Shown here: positions 23,601 to 35,900 of the stretch, one piece after another
How positions within the stretch are numbered: the first letter of the stretch is position 1
Layout of the letters: every line of letters starts with the position of its first letter
DNA from: Lama guanicoe
Taxonomy: Eukaryota
Assembly: GCA_013239625.1 (NCBI GenBank)
Contig: MU056434.1
Location: 868,001 to 932,000, forward strand
Length of the DNA: 64,000 bases
Direction of reading: 5' to 3'
Program-made: the position numbers and the translations under genes
The notes under the pieces: generated by a model
The model's database searches: none
What the model was told of the DNA's origin: nothing
Seen by the model: only the letters and a program-made list of their open reading frames with translations

Positions 23601-26600
23601 AGCCCTGCCCCCACCTTGCCTGTCAGTGTGAGCAGATTGTGTGTTTGCACGTATGCTTTTGGTGTCTTGGCAAGTGTGTTTTCAAATAGCGATTTTAATT
23701 TTAAGAGAACCCAAGTGAACCTTTTGGTGCCTCGGTGACCATTGACGGTGTGACCTATGGATCTGGAACTGCGAGCAGCAAAAAACTAGCGAAGAACAAA
23801 GCTGGTAACGTACCCACTTGGTGTCGAGACCTCACCTTCGGTTAGGGACGGGTGGGGTGGGGCAGGCCCGTCTTACCTGTGTGATCACTTGCTTTGACTT
23901 TTTGTAACTGTGTGCTCATTAGGAAAGATTCAAATAGAAAAAGTAGAAGGTGAGAAGTCAAAGTAGATAGTCCTTCTCTCGGACGTCTGGGCCTCCTGCC
24001 CCATCCCCGACACTCACAGGTGTTGGGTGGGCTCAGCGCTGCTGGAGCCCAGCTGGGCCTCCTGTATTGAAGCTGAGCACAGCGTGGCCGTGCTGAGACC
24101 CGCAGTGGGCTGCCACCATCCCCCTCAAGTGGAGTTGACATTGATGAGGGCCGTTCCAAGTCATTCAGACTCCGAGTGTGGACTGCTGCCCCTGGACGCA
24201 GCCTGGGAATGCCAGGGCTCTCTGGTTAAAACTGTCGCCCCTCCTGACCGCGTTCTCTCGCTTGCTTTTTCCCAGCACCGGTAGTTGTTGGAGGTCTTTT
24301 CTAGAAGCCGTTTGGCCCAGCACCAGCGTTGTTGGCCTCCTCTGGGGAGCGAGCCTCACGGCCGGTGCTGCTATGTGCACCCAGGGCCCCCACCTGTGGG
24401 CTTCTGCCCCTTTCCGGGGGCGGAGCGGGTCAGTTACCTCACACCAGAGTCTGACTGAGTCTCGGGGGATCTGTGTCTGCGCTCCCAGGGCTCAGGGGTT
24501 CCCTGGCTGTTTTCTTTGGGTGGCGGATGTTAAAGACGATTGGAATCCGGCGTCCCTGTCTGTCCTCTGCTGCGGGCGGCTGTGCTGGGCTCACACACTT
24601 TGCCCCAGGCTCCCTTCTGTTTTAGAGAGAACCTCCCAAAGGCCTTTTCCAGCGTTACAAACGGGGTGTTCCGAGCTTTGCAGCCGAAACCTGCGAGGGG
24701 GCCACGGGCAGCGGGGACTTCCTCCTCCCCATGTGCTCCCCCCTGGACACCTGCGCCCCACTCTGCTGGCACTGACACCCTGTGCTCCCTCCCTGGATGC
24801 TTCCCCAGAGTATCTGGCGTTTGGGGCCCTACCTACTCCAGGTCCTGCGGATCCATCTGCCTGCCCACCACGGGGCCCCGTGTGGCTCATAGGGCCACTG
24901 TCCTCGCCCTCGCCCTTGCCTACACCCTCACCCTCACCCTCACCCTCAGGGTTTCTCTTTCCATAGCTCGGGCTACGCTGGAAATCCTCATCCCTGACTT
25001 TGTTAAACAGACGTCCGAGGAGAAGCCCAAGGACAGCGAGGAGCTGGAGGTGAGTGCTGCCACCCCGCCCGTCAGCCAGGCTGCCCAGCCTCCAGGTGCT
25101 CCTGCCTCCTGTTCGTGACAGGAGGCCTGCCTGTCTTCGCGCATGCAGGCCGAGAGGTCGCTTCTGTCAGAGACGCTTGTCCCCGCGTCTTGCAATGGGT
25201 GGTGGAAGTTCCCAGTGCCAGGAAACGTGTGGGAAGTGAGTCAGGATCTGCGGGGGAGGGGACCTTTGAGGCGACATTGTCCTTTACATTGAAAACCATT
25301 TAAAACTACTCATAAACTTTTTGGGGGAAATAATGATACTGTGCTTATTTGTAGCAAGGGCTTCTCACTCTAAAGTTTGCATTCTTTTTAGAACACCTTT
25401 GTTGGTGTGTAATTTGTATACCATAAATTTTGCCCTTTTAAACTGTGCAGTTCAGTGGGTTTTTGTAACTCTGAATGAGAGTTGTACAGCCATCCCCAAA
25501 AGAAACCCTGCCCCATTAGCAGTCACCTCCACCCTCCCTGTTCCCAGCCCTCCACCCCGGCCACCCCCAGGCTCCTTTCTGTCCCTGGATTTCCCGGTTC
25601 TGGGCGTCCACTCTCGGGGGACTCAGCCGGCTGGCGGCCCTTTGTTCCCGGCCTCCACGGAGCTGGGGTGAACTGTGGGTCCTGTCAGATTGACGGGGCT
25701 TCTCTCCACTCCTTGTTTGCTGAGAGTTTTTGTCAGGAATGGATGTTGGGTTTTGTTTTTTCTGCTTCTGTTGAAGTGATCACGTGTTTTTTGTCTTTAC
25801 TGACATGGGGGTGTGTTTTGTTGACGTCTTACTGTTAAACAAACCTTCCTGGGGTAAATCCCACCTGGTCATGGTGTACAGTCACTTCTATGTGTTGCTG
25901 GATTTGGCCTGCTAGTATTTTGTTAAGGGTTTTTGCAGCTGTATTTGTAAGAGATACAGGCCTGTATTTCTTTCCTCGTGATGTCTCTGGTGTTGTTACC
26001 AGGGGAATACTGGCCTCTTCTGTTGTGTGGAATTGTTTGTGAAGGATTGGTGTTTTTTTCAGCATTTGATAGAATTCCCAGTGGAAACATCTGGGCCTAG
26101 ATGCACACTCACTGTGCCCCCTGTGACCCACTTGGTCTCAGTGAGGTCGTGAAGTCCCCACTGGGCCAGGGTCAGTCTGACTAAAGTCTTGTCACTGTTG
26201 TTCATCCTTTCAAAGGTCCAGCTTGTGGTTTTGTTGATTTTTCCTGTTGCTCTTTTATCCTTTACTTACATCTACTCTAGCCTTTATTATTTCCTTGTTT
26301 CTGCCCACCTTGGGTTCAGTTTGTTCTTTTTTCTAGCTCCTTAAGCTTAGGGTATTGCTTTGAGATGTTCTTTATAAACACAGAGTTCACAGCTATGAGT
26401 TTTCTTCTCTGTTCTACTTTGCATCCCATGATTTTGCCTCAGTCTGTGTTGTGTCTCTGTTTTCATTCCACCTTCAGGCACTTTTCTAGTCTTTCTGGTG
26501 GTTCCCTTTGTGAACAACTGGCTATTTTAGGAGTGTCTGCTTTTCACATGTTTGTTAATCTCCAAAGTTTTCCCCAGTTACTGGTGTCTGGTGTAAGTCC

Positions 26601-29600
26601 ACTGTGGTTGGTGTGATTTCAGAAGGCATTTGTAAGTTTATCAAGGCCTGTGTGGTGGCCACATGTGAAGGGCAGAGTAACTGGACATCTGGCTGGAGCT
26701 GGTGTGGTGTTGCTGTGTCGGTCCTTGTGGGTCTGCTGTCCGTTGTTGCAAGCAGGTCCTGTTTCTCCTGTTTCTCTTGTCTCTCCGGTCAAGTTTTGCT
26801 GCATGTATTGCGGTGTTGAGGTGCGTGCATGTTTGTGATACTGTGATGTAATGAGAGGTACCTGTTTGGTTTGTATCCCCAGTTCCTGTAGTAGCTCCAG
26901 GTGCTGAGGGTGAAGGGATGTCCTGCTGTTTGGCGTCCCCCAGCTGCACCTCATATGTTCCCACTGTGATGCCGGGGGGCCCGGGGGGGGGTGCTGGCGG
27001 CCAGGGACCCACCCGTGCAGTTAGAGGCTGGGCTTTAGCCTCATCCTCCCCCTCTCCCAGGGTCAGGGAGGGGTGATGTGGGAGGCTGAGTTACTCACCT
27101 GTAGCGTGGTGTGGTCGGTGGAGCCCGTGTGCGGTCCCCATGAAGACCATGTTGGGTGCACTGAGGAGCCCAATCTGGTGGGCATGTGGGTGTTGGGAGG
27201 CAGCGCTTAGAGAGGGCAGCTTCTGGTTGCCGGGATCAGCGCCACCTTCAGCTACCACAGTGGGGTGCGGTGATGCAGCCACAAGCCGAGGATGCTGGGG
27301 GCCCCAGAGGCTGGTGAGTCCAGGAAGGGTCCTCCTGAGAGGCTTCAAGGGAGCAGGGCTGGCCAACACTTGGCTCCCGGACTCTAGCCTCCAGAGCCAG
27401 AGGATACGGGGCTGTTGTTCGCAGCCCCTCCAGCGCTGTGGTTCTCTGTTACCGCTGCTCTGCGAGACAGACAGCCCCGCCAGGGAGGCACCGGGCCACT
27501 GGGGTCAAGAGCCACCTGTGGGCCATGTTGGCCTCTGCTCCGCAGAACTCCCTTTTTCTCTTAAACTGGTTGGGTTAGTCACCCTGGGAACCTTCCTGTT
27601 CTGTTGTCTCTGGTCAGCTTCCCTCCTGTAACCTCACAATGATTTCCATGTTTTTCCTGAAGGTTGTGTATCTTGAGATTCCTGACCAGCTGTCTGAGCA
27701 AACTCAGACTCCGAGCAGGCTCCCTGGGCTGGTGGGCAGGTGGCCTGGGCCGTGGCCACCACGTCCCATGGGAGCAGCTCTGTGGGGCTGTGGCTGCGGT
27801 CCTGGACGACAACTGGCTGCTTTCTCTTGTAGTACTTCAACCACATCAGCATCGAGGACTCGCGGGTCTACGAGCTGACCAGCAAGGCCGGGTTGCTGTC
27901 TCCCTACCAGATCCTCCATGAGTGCCTTAAAAGGTGGGGCGGGCTCCCCCGGGTGCCCCGCACACCACCGCTCCCGTCTGTCCACCCCGCTGGGGGGCGT
28001 GTATCCAGAACCCCCTCCTCTCGAGCTGAGAAGCAGTTTGGGGAGAAGAGCTGGCGTCTTGTGGGGCCCTTGGAGGGTTTTCTGGAAGGAGCCATTTCTT
28101 CCCGCTCAGCTGATGTCAGCGGCTGTTCCTCCCACAGAAACCATGGAATGGGGGACACCTCCATCAAGTTTGAAGTGGTTCCTGGTAAAAACCAGAAGAG
28201 TGAATACGTCATGGCGTGTGGCAAGCACACAGTGCGCGGCTGGTGTAAGGAGTCCCCACCCCCAAACACACTTTCAGTGGCCCTGGGACCACTGCCCTGG
28301 TATCACCTCAATATCAGCTGTGCGTCCCGACTGCCTGCAGTTGTGCCCAGCATCTCATGCTGATGTTGAAACACAGCCAGCCTGAGGCGTGGCTGTGGGC
28401 GTCCGTCTCCTGAGCCTGGGCTGGTCGTGTTGGTGAGGCTGTGTGCTCCCTCCTACAGTCACTGCCCCTGCCCAGCCCTCAGTCCCTGTGGAGGGAGCAG
28501 GGGCACTGGCTGTGTTCCTCACCTCATTTGGGTTCTGGATATAACCTTATTTAAAAGAAACTTCATGTAACTCCTGTAAACACAAGACCAGTGCTGGGTA
28601 GGTCAGACGGTAATGCACAGAGAGGTCCTGGGAATTTGAATAACCATCAGACCTGGATGTGCCCTGTGCCCCAGCAGATACCAGTCCTTGCTGGGACCAG
28701 TCCCCAGCAGGTGGACAGGGCGTGGGACAGAGGAGGGGTCCTGGCACCGTGACCCCTTGTCCGAGCCAGAGGCCCTCTCTGGGAGGAGGCTTGGCCTTGG
28801 CCCACTGGCCAGAGGTATCTCCAGACCCACTCTGGACCCTGGTCCTGCCTTACCTCCCTCTGGAAACCTCTGTAGCACATGATATCCTCTGGACACACCC
28901 CCGGCCCCCCACCCCTGTGCCAGCCCTGCAGGACACCTTGTGTGTGTGTCTGCAGGTTGGGGGTGGTGGGAGGGAGGCCACTTACCCTGTGGATTTGGAC
29001 ACATCCTGACCTCCCACAGCCTCTGCTGGGCTGTTGTGCAAAACGGGGCAGGACCAGAACCTGGCCTTGGGGCTGAGGTGCGGCGCCCAGTGCAGGGGCC
29101 GAACCTGCCGCCTCTCCCTGTCTGGGTGAAGTGGCCCTGGGGATGGCCAGTGTTTGGACTTCTTGTCTCCTCATAGGTAAGAATAAGCGAGTTGGGAAAC
29201 AGTTAGCCTCCCAGAAAATCCTTCAGCTGCTGCACCCACACGTGAAGAACTGGGGATCTTTGCTTCGCATGTATGGCCGGGAAAGCAGCAAGATGGTCAA
29301 ACAGGTAAGCGGGGGTCCTGCCGTCAGGGGTGGACTCTTGGGCTCTGGGGCATGTCTGGCTGGGCGAGGCTGCGTGGGGAGGGGGCTGGAGTGCAGGCAG
29401 AGGCAGGAGGTGTGGGTGAGGGAGGGGAGTGAGCAGGCGCACCCGGGCGGCTCCCCTAGCTCCCCCCGCAACTGGCACCGGTTTGCCTTTGGGCAGCTCC
29501 TGTGTGTCACCTGTTTTGTTTCTGCTGTTTTGCCAAGATCTCGAGATTTTAGCCAATATCCTTAGGTTTTGTGCTTTTGGGGTGGAGAACAGGGAAGTGA

Positions 29601-30687
29601 GGTTTGTGTTCTTGGATTTTTCCCCCTGATGTTAACATGAGTGGTCTGGATCGTTGGCACCCCAGTAAGTGGTGGGCATAGGGGGTAGGGGCTGCAGGTG
29701 GTGACCCCTAGGACCATGCTGTGGGCCCTGAGGCTGTCCCTGCAGAGCTCCTTGTTCTGGGCATGACAGGGCAGGCGAGGGAGGCGACACTGGCCCCAAG
29801 TGCTGTCCTGCTGGGAAGACTCTGCTCTGGTCACTTCATTCTGAGGGCTCTGGGCACAGAGTGCCCTGTCGGGGCACTGGCTGTCGGGGGCTATGCCCAG
29901 GGCAGGAGCAGAGGCTGCTCTGTGCAGGGAGGAGGCCATGTGGGGGTGACATGGTCAGCAAGGGAGCGGGGACTGTGTTGGCCTGCATATGGGTTGAGGG
30001 TGGGCTGGCCGGTGTGCCTGGGGCCCCGGGCTGTCCCGTCAGCAAGGTCCTGCTCCCCAGGAGACCTCGGACAAGAGCGTGATTGAGTTGCAGCAGTTTG
30101 CCCGGAAGAACAAGCCAAACCTGCACATCCTGAGCAAGCTGCAAGAGGAGATGCGGAGGCTGGCAGAGGAGAGGGTGAGGCCTGGGGCCCACCGTCCTCA
30201 CACATCAGGCCTGCCTGCCTCTGGGCTGCACTTGGTCTTTGGTTAAATTTGAGACCTGGCAGCCCTGGCCTCCCGTGTGCTGACCTGGGGTCCCTGTGGG
30301 TCCCTCACCGGGGTCCTCAGGGGTTCTGTGAGGGAGTGTGGGACTCGTGCCAGGGAAGCTATGGGGTCCCTTGTGTCTGTGACCTTGATCTCTTGCTTCC
30401 GGGTTCATCCTGGTCCAGAGGGAACACTAGTATATGATGGCGTTCAGGGAGACTCTCCTGCCTGGCAGCCCACCCCTCAGGCCTGCCCTCCTGCCCGTCT
30501 TCTGGGCTTACCCCACCCCACCCCCCTCCCCTAGAGCCTCTTGCCCAAGGTTGGGCTGTGTGTTCCCACATCGCTTACATCCCTGACTTTGGCTGTCCTT
30601 CAGGAGGAGACACGGAAGAAGCCCAAGATGTCCATCGTGGCGTCTGCGCAGCCTGGTGGGGAGCCCCTGTGCACGGTGGACGTGTGA
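17638..30687 (+). CDS. DGCR8: Microprocessor complex subunit DGCR8, 773 aa; coding exons 17638-18357 (contains N-gap), 18789-18948, 20765-20907, 21072-21354, 22525-22722, 22942-23043, 23706-23804, 24967-25049, 27833-27933, 28138-28244, 29177-29304, 30061-30174, 30604-30687
   Basis: Starts [13 protein letters not shown] motif [32 protein letters not shown], heme-binding IPCL, two dsRBDs ([16 protein letters not shown]..., [17 protein letters not shown]...) and the C-terminus [10 protein letters not shown]. All junctions are GT-AG and in phase; total 2322 nt. Confidence 0.98.
17732..17816 (+). ncRNA. MIR1306: mir-1306 hairpin inside the DGCR8 CDS (5p 17746-17767, 3p 17786-17803)
   Basis: CCACCTCCCCTGCAAACGTCCA and ACGTTGGCTCTGGTGGTG match the recalled miR-1306-5p and -3p, and the arms are complementary. 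Confidence 0.93.
17888..18315. other. Assembly gap (428 N) inside DGCR8 coding exon 2
   Basis: Run of N; the reading frame is the same on both sides. Confidence 1.
24925..24948. repeat. (CCCTCA)4 hexamer repeat just upstream of the DGCR8 exon 9 acceptor
   Basis: Four perfect copies, preceded by degenerate copies (ccctcg, cccttg). Confidence 0.9.
25390..26830 (-). mobile_element. Degraded LINE-1 fragments including an ORF2 reverse-transcriptase remnant
   Basis: Minus-strand ORF 25835-26131 reads [42 protein letters not shown], homologous to L1 ORF2 ([39 protein letters not shown]). Confidence 0.9.
27260..27475 (+). mobile_element. MLT1 (ERVL-MaLR) LTR 3' fragment
   Basis: Contains gatgcagccacaagccgaggatgctgg...ccagaggctgg, ggactctagcctccagagc and tgtggttctctgttacc. 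Confidence 0.65.
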
Positions 30688-32272
30688 GGGAGGCGGCAGG
30701 ACCGGGCTCAAGGCCGCCTGCTCCGCTGTGGACAGTCCACACTGCTTGCTCTGCAGCCTCGGGCTCCGGTCTAAGGTCCTCCCCTGCAGCTGCATATCTG
30801 AGACGGGGACAGCCAGGGCCACCCCCAGGTCTGAGCGGACGTGTTCCAGCATCAACTCAGCCTCCGCACAAGTGGAAGCCAAGAGCTTGAAGGTCGCTGT
30901 GGTCTCTGCTCGTGTGGACTTGCTCCAGACCGGTTTTATGAAGGTTTCCATGAATTTTAGTATATCACGTGCACTGACCAGCAGTGATAGTTGGATAACA
31001 TGAAATGAGAAAGCCCTGTGCCTGCAGCTCCCGTGGGCACCGCAGGGCCCTGGTCAGAAGTGTGCGCCTGCACCCCACATCCCCTTCCCTGCCTCCGGTG
31101 TTTTCTTTTCTTTTCTGAAAAAGTTACAATAGGAAGGAGTATTTTAGAACTTTTAAGTTTAAAATAAGCTTCAGCATCAGAACTATTTTTCAGAGATTGC
31201 AGGCAAACCATCAAGGTGTATGATTCTTCACCTTGACACGCATTGCCAGTGGGTGAAGTCACCTGGCCCCACCTGGCCTGCCATCCTGGCCCCAGGCTGG
31301 GATGCTGTTTGTTTTTTTGAGCAAGTCTTAATGCCCCAAACACGCCTTCTTAGAACACTGAGGCCCCTCATCCTCACTGGCCTCTGGCAACTTTTTACTA
31401 AATTTTTGCACAGTGAAGTCCATCTCCACCCATCAATTTTTAAAGCTTTTATGATATTTTAGCATTTGGGAAGAAACTTTTTCGATGAGAGTAGAAGATA
31501 GATTTGGAATCATGTAGCAGATATGAACAATTAATGCATTTTAGCTTGTGGACTTATTTAGAGGAGACAAGGACCTTCAGTGCAGCCAGTTCTCAATTGC
31601 AGGCTGGCGTGAACACGTGGAAGGAGTCCTGCGCCGTGTGATGGCGCAGGATTTCTAGAGCAGCCACCCTGTGTGGCCTGGTCTGGTGACCAGCAGTCTG
31701 CTCTCCAGGTGGCCCCTGTGGACGGGTGTGCAGTAGTCTGTCCCTACCCTGAGCCCCAGGGGACATGGCTGAGCTTGGGGCCCTGGGATGTCCCCATGTG
31801 AGCTGGTGGTAGTGAGCCATTGGCTCCTGCCCCCCAGCACCTGTTGAGGACGCATGTGCTCACGGCGGCACCCCTTCCTCACCCCAACGTGACCGGGGTC
31901 AGCTCCCATGCTGACCCTTGTAGGACAGAGCCCACAGGCAAGTTGCTGTAATTACACTTTCATGTGTCTCGCCCTGTCTGCAGTTGTGAATAACCACCTG
32001 ACCAGGACTGTTTGCCCTTAAAACAGCCAGATGCACCATCACAAACCAAAGCTTTGTGCACATGTTCTTAGAGGCAGGCGAGCCTCGCCACGGCCTCCCT
32101 AGGTCCCCCTCCCTCTGTGCCCTGTGTGCAGGTGCCAGTGCCATGTGAACAGTCGTGTTGCGGGGGCAGAGGGCAGCGAGAACCTGTGTTGAGGCCACCA
32201 CTCCCCACATATTTCCCACGTGGCAGCTGGACCATGGCTGTAAGGACGAGCCCTGATTGTCCAAATGCATAA

Positions 32273-32278
32273 ATTAAA
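32273..32278 (+). terminator. Candidate DGCR8 polyadenylation signal (ATTAAA)
   Basis: ATTAAA about 1.6 kb after the stop, followed by a GT/T-rich element. Confidence 0.5.
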
Positions 32279-32771
32279 TCTATCCAAAAAGAAATGGTCT
32301 GTCTTACTTTTAACAGGTGGGGGGAGGGGCTGTGGACCCTCAAGTAGCCAGACCCTTTGAAGGCCAGGGCATTTGGCTGGACACAACAGTTCCCACTGCC
32401 GCCAAGCAATGTCCCAGCCCCACCCAGTTCCTGTGTTACCAGGAAATAGCCTCCCTTCAGGGATGGGGCTAGAATGAGGCTCAGGAATGTCTAAGCCCTG
32501 GGCCTGCCTGTAGTGGGGAATGTCAGCGGGGCTGGTGCTGTGCCCTCCACCCCAAGAAGACCCACATCTTTGCTTCTCTGAGTTAAACATAAAAGTAGAT
32601 ACTCTATCAACAGCAACTTCTGCTGGGATGCCTGATGGCACAGAGGGGCTGGGGGAGTTGCTCTGACTGGGCCAGTTCTTGGGGTGCCCTTTGCACCTGT
32701 GGGGAGGGCAGAAGAAGCCTCGTGTGCCAGGCTCTGGGTTCTTAACACAAACATCAACAGTTGGGCACCTG

Positions 32772-32777
32772 TTTATT
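32772..32777 (-). terminator. TRMT2A polyadenylation signal (AATAAA on the minus strand)
   Basis: TTTATT on the + strand, about 200 nt past the TRMT2A stop. The downstream minus strand is GU-rich. Confidence 0.7.
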
Positions 32778-32981
32778 CTGTCCCTTGTGGCCCAGCTGGC
32801 CTGAGAAGGATGGGGGTGAGGGATAGCCGGCCACAGGAGCCTACAGGGACAGTTGGTCTGGTCTTCAGTAGCTGCTGCCTGTGTCCTGGGGCGGGGAAGG
32901 GCCCTGGAAACCCCTGGGCTTCTGCCCGTGATGCAGTCCAGGTGCTGTTCTGGAAAAGCTGGTTTCTGCTGCCCCAGGGTC

Positions 32982-35900
32982 CTAAGAAGGCGGGGAGGTC
33001 TGGGTTTCCTGTGGGGTGTCATCTGGCAGCCCTGGTGGGGGCTTGGCTGGAGGATCCCGGGGCTCCAGGGCCCCCGCGCTGAGAGGGTGCTCCACCCTCT
33101 CAAACAAGACCAACATCTCACAGTGCGGGGTCTGCGGGAACAGGTCCACAGCCACAGCCTTGACTGGCCGGAAGGGAGTGCCCTTGACGCGGTTGGATGG
33201 AACCCTACAGAGGCTGTAGAGAAAGGGGTGCCGTGGTCAGCCACTGGGTCTGGCAGGGACTCCTGGGGGGTGGGGGGAGGCTGGATGTCGGGCCCAGTCC
33301 ACCCAGGCCTCACTCACTCGACAAAATTGCCCATTGCTGCCCGGGGGTTGCAGGAGACGTACAGGAGCCGCTTGAGGTTCTCGGCTCTGCGGATGGCCAG
33401 GATCACCTTGGAATCTGGGGAGATGCACACCCCTCAAGGGAGAGTCCTCCAGAGCCCCCCTCAAGGAGGAGATGGAGGCCTGAGCCACCCACGTGCTGCT
33501 GCCCCCGCCCAGACAGAGACCACTCACGCAGTCCGGCACGGGGCGGATCCAGGACAGCAACGAGCTGCTGGGAAGCCAGTCTGCTCACTAGGGTGGGCAC
33601 CAGGTCCTCCGCCCTCCCACAGTGGAACTCGACGTTGCTCAGCTCTGCAGATAAGCACAGCAGTCCTGCCAGGGGACCTGGGCCCCCTCCCCATGGGCCC
33701 CCCGCCTGCCTGTCAGGAAGCCCACAGAAGGCACCTTAGGAAAAACTTTCCCGTAGGGCAGCCCCAGGTGTCATGAGCACATGACAGATTTGCATGTAGA
33801 CCCTCCTGCACCCTCCGCCCTCCTGTTGTGGACCCCCTGCCCACAGAGCACTGGCTCACCATTGTCCAGGGCATTCACCCGGGCGTCCTCCACAGCCTCC
33901 TGGCACAGCTCGATCCCCACAACTCTCTTCACCTTCTGAAGCAAGGACAGGGCAGACCGATAGCACCCCACCCCACCCTGAGGCCTGTGCAGGGGGATGA
34001 GGGTGGGTGCGGAAGATCTGGAATAGGCTGGGGGTCACAGGGCAGGTGACAACGTGTGGGGAGGGCAGGAGGGCTCACCCGGGCCAGGGCCAGGCCGATG
34101 GTGCCGGTGCCACAGCACACGTCCAGCACTGTGGTCCCCAAGTCCAGCTGGGCCCAGTCCTGGATGACTGTATAGAGCACCTCGGCCGCGGGGGTGTTCA
34201 CCTGGAGCACAGGCCAGGACGTAAGAGCAGCCCTGCTGCCCAGGCTGCATCCTGTCCCCAGTGCCTGCATCCCCAAGCACTCATCCTCTTGGGCACCTTG
34301 GCTCTCTCACCCCCTTCCCTCCCTCTAACTGCCTAGGCCCCCCCATCCACCATGCCTAGTCTCTGGGCTCTAGAAAACAACTCAGTGCCAACACCCACCC
34401 AAACATGCTTTCTTCTGAGTACTGAATTTGAGGGAGCACCAGCCCTGCAGTGGGCACTGATGACCCCACCAAAGCCCGTCATCCCGACTCCCGCCCCGTA
34501 TATGACCCACCCGCTGGATTGTCCCCAGGGTCTAACTAGTGACAAAGGAACTGCTTGTGACCCTTCTCTACCTCACACCTTTGTGGCTCTTCGCCTGGGT
34601 GCTCTCCCAGACCATGGCAGGCTAACCCCTCACTGCCATCTGGCCCGCCAACCCCACGCCTATCCTGACGTCATACCAGGCCTCCGTCCGTGCATCCTTG
34701 TGACCCCCAGGGGCTCTGGCTACCTGGAAGAAGGCGTGAGGGGAGATCCGGAAGGTCAATCCCAGCAGGTCCTCGTGGATACACCGGTCCCCAGCCACGT
34801 GCTCCAGAGGCAGGCCCTCCTGACTAGGAGCCTTTCTGTGGGCAGTAGGGTGGGTCTGTCAGTATCACCAGTCCTCACAGGAACCTGCCCCGCCCCACCC
34901 CACACCACCCAGGCTACTCACCGCTGTCCCTCCTCCACGAAGTAGAGGCAGGTCACCCCACTGGCCTTGCCTGGCCCCACCATGAAGTGCTGGGCCAGAG
35001 AGGCCTTCAGCGCTGCCAGCTCCTCAGGGGTCAGTTTCTGGAGCAGGCAGTAGAGAAGACTGGTAAGGCTGTTTCGCAGTCCACTCCGGCCCGGACATCC
35101 CTCCCCAAGCAGGCCACCCGCTGGAGACCTGGGGGTGAAAGTAGGCAATGGCCATGGCTTGGCCACGGCGGCTGGTGCGCACAGTCAGCTGCTTCCAGTG
35201 GCCCGAGTACGTCTCGGGGTCGTAGGCCGAGTATGGAGTAGACCTGTGGGAGCCACAGACAGCCCTGAATGCCTAATACCTGCTGACCGGGACTGGACGA
35301 TCAGCCTCCCTGCCCTCCTCCAGCCACACCCACCAGACCACAATCACAGGACCCCCCCACCCCACCAGGCAGGACCCAGACTGCCTCATAATGTCCTGGA
35401 GCCACCAGCCCAGCCACGTGTCCTACCGGATGAACTCCTGGAAGGCCTTCACCACCTGCTTGGTGGCCCCGGGGATGTGCAGGGTGTCGTATGGGGCTGC
35501 CACGGCACACGTCCCGCCCTTGTACTTGCCGAGTCGGCAGCCAACTGTGTTGTCTTCCCCATCCACCCCGATGCCGACCAGAAACTCACACTTGTTGCGG
35601 TACTCGGTCTGTAGGGGAGAGCGGAGGGGGACGGAGACATGCCCACCCTTAGCCTGCCTGGCGTGCACGCCTGCCTGGAGGGAGCACCGCAGCCAGTGAG
35701 AGATGGCGCTGAGCGAGGCCCCGGTTCCCCACAGGGCTTGACGGTCGAGGGGACAAGGCTGACAACCCCTGTCACGTGGGGAATACCAGGCGCAAATGCA
35801 AAGCAGGGAGGGGGCAGGAAAAGCTTCTGTGAGAGCAGAAGGGAGCCTGACCTGCTGGGGTGATGGCCTGACCCCCTCCAGGGGGCAGCAGACCTTGTTG

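Noticed and set aside
32099-33313. 404-aa minus-strand ORF overlapping the TRMT2A last exon and 3'UTR
   Set aside because: Out of frame with TRMT2A, runs through the poly(A) signal and shows no homology I recognise.
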